Source of the DNA: Perna viridis
Taxonomy: Eukaryota
Length of the DNA stretch: 64,000 bases
Direction: 5' to 3'
NCBI GenBank assembly: GCA_037379345.1
Contig: CM074520.1
Coordinates: 21,989,488-22,053,487 of the forward strand
In this document: positions 37,599 to 64,000 of the stretch, in pieces
How the letters are laid out: each line of letters begins with the position of its first letter
Numbering within the stretch: position 1 is the stretch's first letter
The notes under the pieces: model-generated
What the model was told of the DNA's origin: nothing
The model's input: the letters and a program-made list of their open reading frames with translations, nothing else
The model's database searches: none
Translations under genes and position numbers: made by a program

Positions 37599-40022
37599 AG
37601 GGGAAATATAAAATGTGGCTTTCTAAGGTTTAAAATGAAAATTTGTGCTGCGTCTAATGAAATGACCTTGAAAGAGACATGCTAATGTCAGTTATCTTTA
37701 GTCCTATTTTGTAATCTTAAGTATATATAAAAATGTATAAGTACATTCTGCATCTTAACAACCCTAGCCACGTAGCAATCTAGCAATGGGTAAATAAAAA
37801 AATGTCAAGGCTACGAATGATATTAAACTTATAGATTTATGTGTGAAGTTAACTATATTATATGTTAAAAAGAAAGACAAAGGTCATTGTACTGTAATTT
37901 TAAGCGTATAGAAACCTTGCAGGAATCCTGGATTGAAGACAAAGAGCCACTACAGCATACTCTCGTCATGTGACTAAGAAACACGGATTCCCCCTCACTC
38001 GGGGTTGCCGAACAGAACTGAAAGTCTCCGATATGGCATAAATTATCACGCTATTGGATCAGCATACCATATTTGAAATAATTTTCACCGATTGTTTAAA
38101 TTTTCATCTGACAAAAGTTTATACAACGTATTTTACGACACTACATGAACATTCAGACAGTCACTTGATCTGAGGTAGATATGCGACCAAGCCGTAAATC
38201 TCCGATACGGTATAACTTGCGTACCAAATTTCAACTTCTTCTAGTGAATTGATTCCAAGTTTTCGCTGACGTAAATTTATGGAACGTGAATTGACGAAAA
38301 GCAGTAAAATTTTAATCGTAAAGTTAAGTAACTATCAATAATATTTGATTGCAATAAGCGAACCAGACTAGAAAAAACATGAATCTACTTTGAGTAAATA
38401 TAATTTAGGTACAGCGCACAGATCCAATATATGCAATTCCTGTGTACATCTGTTACATAGATGCTAAGACATGCAAAATGCGTCAATACTAGGACAATAT
38501 CCAAGTACATGGACTTCAGTGAAAACAGAAAACAGACGATATTAATTCACAATAAACAAACAGAAGAAAATATACAATTACATATAGAAAAAACTGAAGA
38601 TAAGGAAAACAAGGCACCAGACAAAAAATTAAAGCACTAACAATGCGAACTCACACAAAACAAAAAACAAAACAAAACAAAAACAAACAAAACATGAGTG
38701 ACATCAAGTACACTGGGAATTTAAGCATATTCTGCTCCGTCAGCCACATCCGTCATATTGCGAGTTTGTAAAATTCGGTAAGAGTCTAGCTACAATAATG
38801 TAGCTCCTCCGACTTATTCTGTAACAAAGAGGTCCCACAAATAACAATGGAGCAACTCCATGTGTGGTTCACACATAGGCAATACCAATTTGCAAAGTAT
38901 CATGATGTATACAATAAAAAAAATCGCATAAATAAAACATTACTAATAAGCATGAATGCAGAGCCACCACATGCTTTACAATTGTTAGGAGATCAAGAGC
39001 TACACATGGTTATAACATGAATCAAGCTTTTCATGATTGGCATATGTTCAATTAGCAATGTTTTGATTATTTTAATGGGAGAATAATTTTTCCCTTATTG
39101 GTGATTATCATGTGTTACTCTACGTCTTCATCCAAAAGAAAGCTGTTTTATCAATTCTTTCACCTTTTCGTGAAGTGTATAAAATGCAGTATACACTACG
39201 TGTAGTAAAAATAAAAGCAGCGTTTTGCTGACTTCAAAATATAGCTAAATATAACTCTTCAAGCCCAGAAAGTGGTACTTATGTTACTTTTTATCTAACT
39301 CCAAAACGAAGCTTGTATACCAATTTTTCATCTTCTTATGGACTATAATAACGGCAATAAAGACTTCATACAAGTGTGGTTCGGTTACATTTTAAAGGTT
39401 CGGACTTTTAAAGACCTGAAAATGTTGCGAATGTTAAGTATTGTCTACATCCAAATGAAGCCAATATATTTATTTGTTCATGTTTTAATTGAACTGTACT
39501 AACAGCAATAAAGATTGTATGTAAAAAATCCCATATGGATACCAGCCTGGTGCACCAAAATTCTTCATGGACTAGACAGGCCCTTTTTGGTCTACATATA
39601 TAATATAATAGTTCTGTAAACACATCTAACAAGATGTGTAAAATGTTACCATTTGATGGATTAGACACAGACGCTCAGAACAGTAATTTTAAAAATCATT
39701 GACCGAAAATCTATTTCATATATTTTCTTCAGAATTCTAAACACCTATGGATGAAAACCACTCCTCCATATTGTTTTTTTAGCCACCATTCACTCAAAAC
39801 TTATGTTCTTTTAAAAAAAGCAATAAAATGATATTTCGAAATATGATATTTCAAATAAACAGAATAAAGTACACAATGAAAGCATATTCTATAAATCAAT
39901 TTTTATTGACAACCATCTGTTTTAGGAATATTCAATATAAAGCAGATTTTCATGCAATTTTTTTTTCCACATTTCATACATAGTAATGATGATTTAGGTC
40001 ATTAAAGTGATTCTTATTTTAT

Positions 40023-40425
40023 TTAAGTAGCATTCCAGCTAAGAATCATGCAAAATGTGATACATGGTTGGAAAGCCTACATATTTTTATTTTTGATATT
40101 TTGTTTAAAATGCTTCAGTAAACAGAAATTAACACTTGGTTTTTTGTATAACCCATGCTCATACGAGATAAAAATTGTATAGAATGCACTGTAGAATTCA
40201 AAATTAAGGGAGATAACTCTGTAAATGACACTCAAATATAATAGAATATATTGAATTTTTAATGTTGATTATCTCTTAAGAGCAGGCAGATTTGAATGAA
40301 TAATTACACATTTCATAATATAGACCCATAAAACAACTTAATTACAAAATAAAAATATGCAGCCTTTTTTTAGGTATATCACATTTTTCAGATTTTGCAT
40401 GATTCTTACAAAGACAGCTACTAAA
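40023..40425 (+). mobile_element. TTAA-flanked family A copy 2 (DDX41 3' region)
   Basis: ttaagtagcattccagctaagaatcatgcaa ... ttgcatgattcttacaaagacagctactaa. Confidence 0.88.
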
Positions 40426-40867
40426 AAGAATAAAGTTACTATCATTCAAAATTGAATACACATTAATACCAGTAAAACCTGTATCTTTAGTATCAAATGT
40501 TTCCATATCATTTAAATGGATATGTTACTAAACAACTGAGAAAATAATGAACTGGTAGCTTGTGTATGATAGTTATATCATTTTTTATCAGTCTACATGG
40601 TCCCTGCCATATTACAGTTTGCCTGTTCAGTCTATGAAATTTACACTTAGTAGGAGGAACTGAACTTCATTTTAATTTGAATGTTTAAGTAACACTTCCA
40701 GTAGCAAAGAAGTTCCTATCTACTAATATTCTGAGCCTGTTCAGTAAACAAAAAGATTAGACAAGTCTCATTAATCAGCACTGCCTCTGGCCCAGGAGTC
40801 AAAAAGTCCAATAGTACGAGTCAACTAGTTACATATGTAAGTAACAGAAATAAGCTGACAATGAGCC

Positions 40868-62282
<21,415 letters not shown>

Positions 62283-62520
62283 AATGTTCATTCAAAATCA
62301 CTACGCCATATCTTTAAAAGAAAGTAAATTCAAGAATTTAGTTCAAATGGTGATATCAAAATTGTTATATGAAAGAACTCTTTTTTACATCTTCTTAATT
62401 CAGTTGAAACATCTTTTCGTGAAAACAACGTTCCGGAAATGGATAAAAATATCTAAAATTCACCGAATTCCCGAGTGACTCTGAAATAAAATCCGAAGTA
62501 GTATGTGCGAAAATGAGGAA
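62283..62520 (-). promoter_or_regulatory. Putative DDX41 promoter/5'UTR
   Basis: Directly upstream of the candidate ATG; locally more CpG; YY1-like ATATGGCG (~62305-62312, minus) and ETS-like TTCCGGAA (~62431-62438). Motif-level evidence only. Confidence 0.3.
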
Positions 62521-64000
62521 CCTAGAATATAAGTATATTTATATGAAATTCCAATATCTTCTTTGTATTAGTGTCAAACTGCTAGCAATATATACAGAAT
62601 ACGGAAATTCAATATTCTAAACCATGGCACATGAGTCGTATCGAAATCATTTTTAAAGAAGGATTTACCCAATTAAGGATTTTTTAAATTAAAATATGGC
62701 AAGAAAAATGGGCATAAGTTATTTGTCTTTGTGAATCAGTCAGTAATTGACGCATAACAGCAATGAAAATCAAAAAGGAAAAAGACATCTCTATCTATAT
62801 AGTTACAGGGAGGAAAAATGATAAAATAAAATAAAATAAATATCAAGAGGACGGCTTGGGGGATTTCTTCAAATCTACATATTTATTTTCATCATTATCT
62901 CTTACATACATCAAATCAAATTATTTGTCCCCCCCAATCTCCGAGACAGAAATATTTTATTTTCATGAAAGTTGGAATTAAAAACATTTATCTTCAAATT
63001 TATTCCCTGTCTCAATAATCAAATGGTTCCTAATTTGCAAGCATGTGTGAAAATGCAACAATCTCAAATTGAAACCAAAACAAAAAATGTATTCATTCAA
63101 ACCATCCTAAAATCAAAACTATTCTTAGTGAGCATGGTCACAATACCCAGTTGTTCTCTCTATAGAGTCTGGTCCCTATATACCCACTATAGTGGTCTGT
63201 AAAAATCAATCCCAATAATGATCCAAGCTTTAATATCTACTAATCTTTTTTTTTAATATAAGGAAATCGGTGAAAATAGAGTAGTGCTATCCAGGTGAAA
63301 TTAACATGCTTTAGCTGATGGACACACAGACTACAAACATATAACTCCCAATCTGATGTGTGGGGTATAACTAGAACACCATTAAAATATTTATAACGCC
63401 TTAGCAGCATTTGGTACCTTAGTCAATAGCCTTACTATTGTTGAAACCAAAATTCCTGACAATGTTATATTAAATAGACAAACTGTAATCTTCATACCGG
63501 CCAAATTAAGTATGCAAAAGGGGAGGGGATATAAAAATTCAAGAATATTGACTACTGGGTTTAAAATTAAAGTTAATTTTATTGGTAACTCATTTAAATT
63601 TAATGTATATATAATCCACATATCATGCCAATATCCCACTTACATTTACTTCTAAGTATATTTAGGAAAACTTAATGATGTGGAATAATTATGAACAATC
63701 ACCACTAGGAAACTATGATGATTTCTTCTGTTACAGGGTAGGAATTAGCAACATGGTGTGGTGTCATAAGCATAATAAGAATTTAACTTAAATCTGTCAT
63801 TATAGGCAATTTGATTAAGCATATCTTAAAGTGGAGGGAATACTAGTTTGGATTTTTTAATGAAACAAGGTCAGGAGTTTATGCTTCTTAGTTCCACCTA
63901 GACAAAAAAGGTGCATTCATCTTACTTAAAATTACCGTCACAATTGAGGAACAAACTATACATCCGTGGTAGAATCTCTTCAGCATCTGCGTATGGAGTT

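Noticed and set aside
63923-64000. Possible terminal exon of an upstream minus-strand gene (..PYADAEEILPRMYSLFLNCDGNFK*)
   Set aside because: Too short, cut by the window edge and with no recognisable homology.

Overview
AT-rich eukaryotic DNA with spliceosomal GT-AG introns. The repeat types (MetaSINE-like SINEs, HINE-like repeats, Penelope-like elements) suggest a bivalve mollusc, which is an inference. Four protein-coding genes were assembled by hand, all on the minus strand: (1) DDX41/abstrakt DEAD-box helicase, 15 coding exons, ~607 aa; (2) an SLC49A4/DIRC2-like MFS transporter, 11 exons, ~492 aa; (3) a PAQR/membrane progestin receptor-like gene with an intronless CDS, ~322 aa; (4) an uncharacterised single-pass membrane protein, 14 exons including a 9-nt microexon, ~798 aa. 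Introns and intergenic DNA hold a decayed Penelope-like RT, a separate GIY-YIG relic, hammerhead motifs, several SINE families, a fold-back tRNA-Leu-like element set in (TA)n, and MITEs with TA, TTAA or 5-bp target duplications. The best leads are a pseudoknotted non-tRNA SINE head, the fold-back tRNA-like element whose long inverted ends bracket the PAQR gene, the orphan receptor, and decayed copies of the DDX41 C-terminal coding sequence in its 3' region. Most short ORFs in the supplied track are spurious or are intron read-through. Coordinates and gene models are manual and not validated by RNA data.
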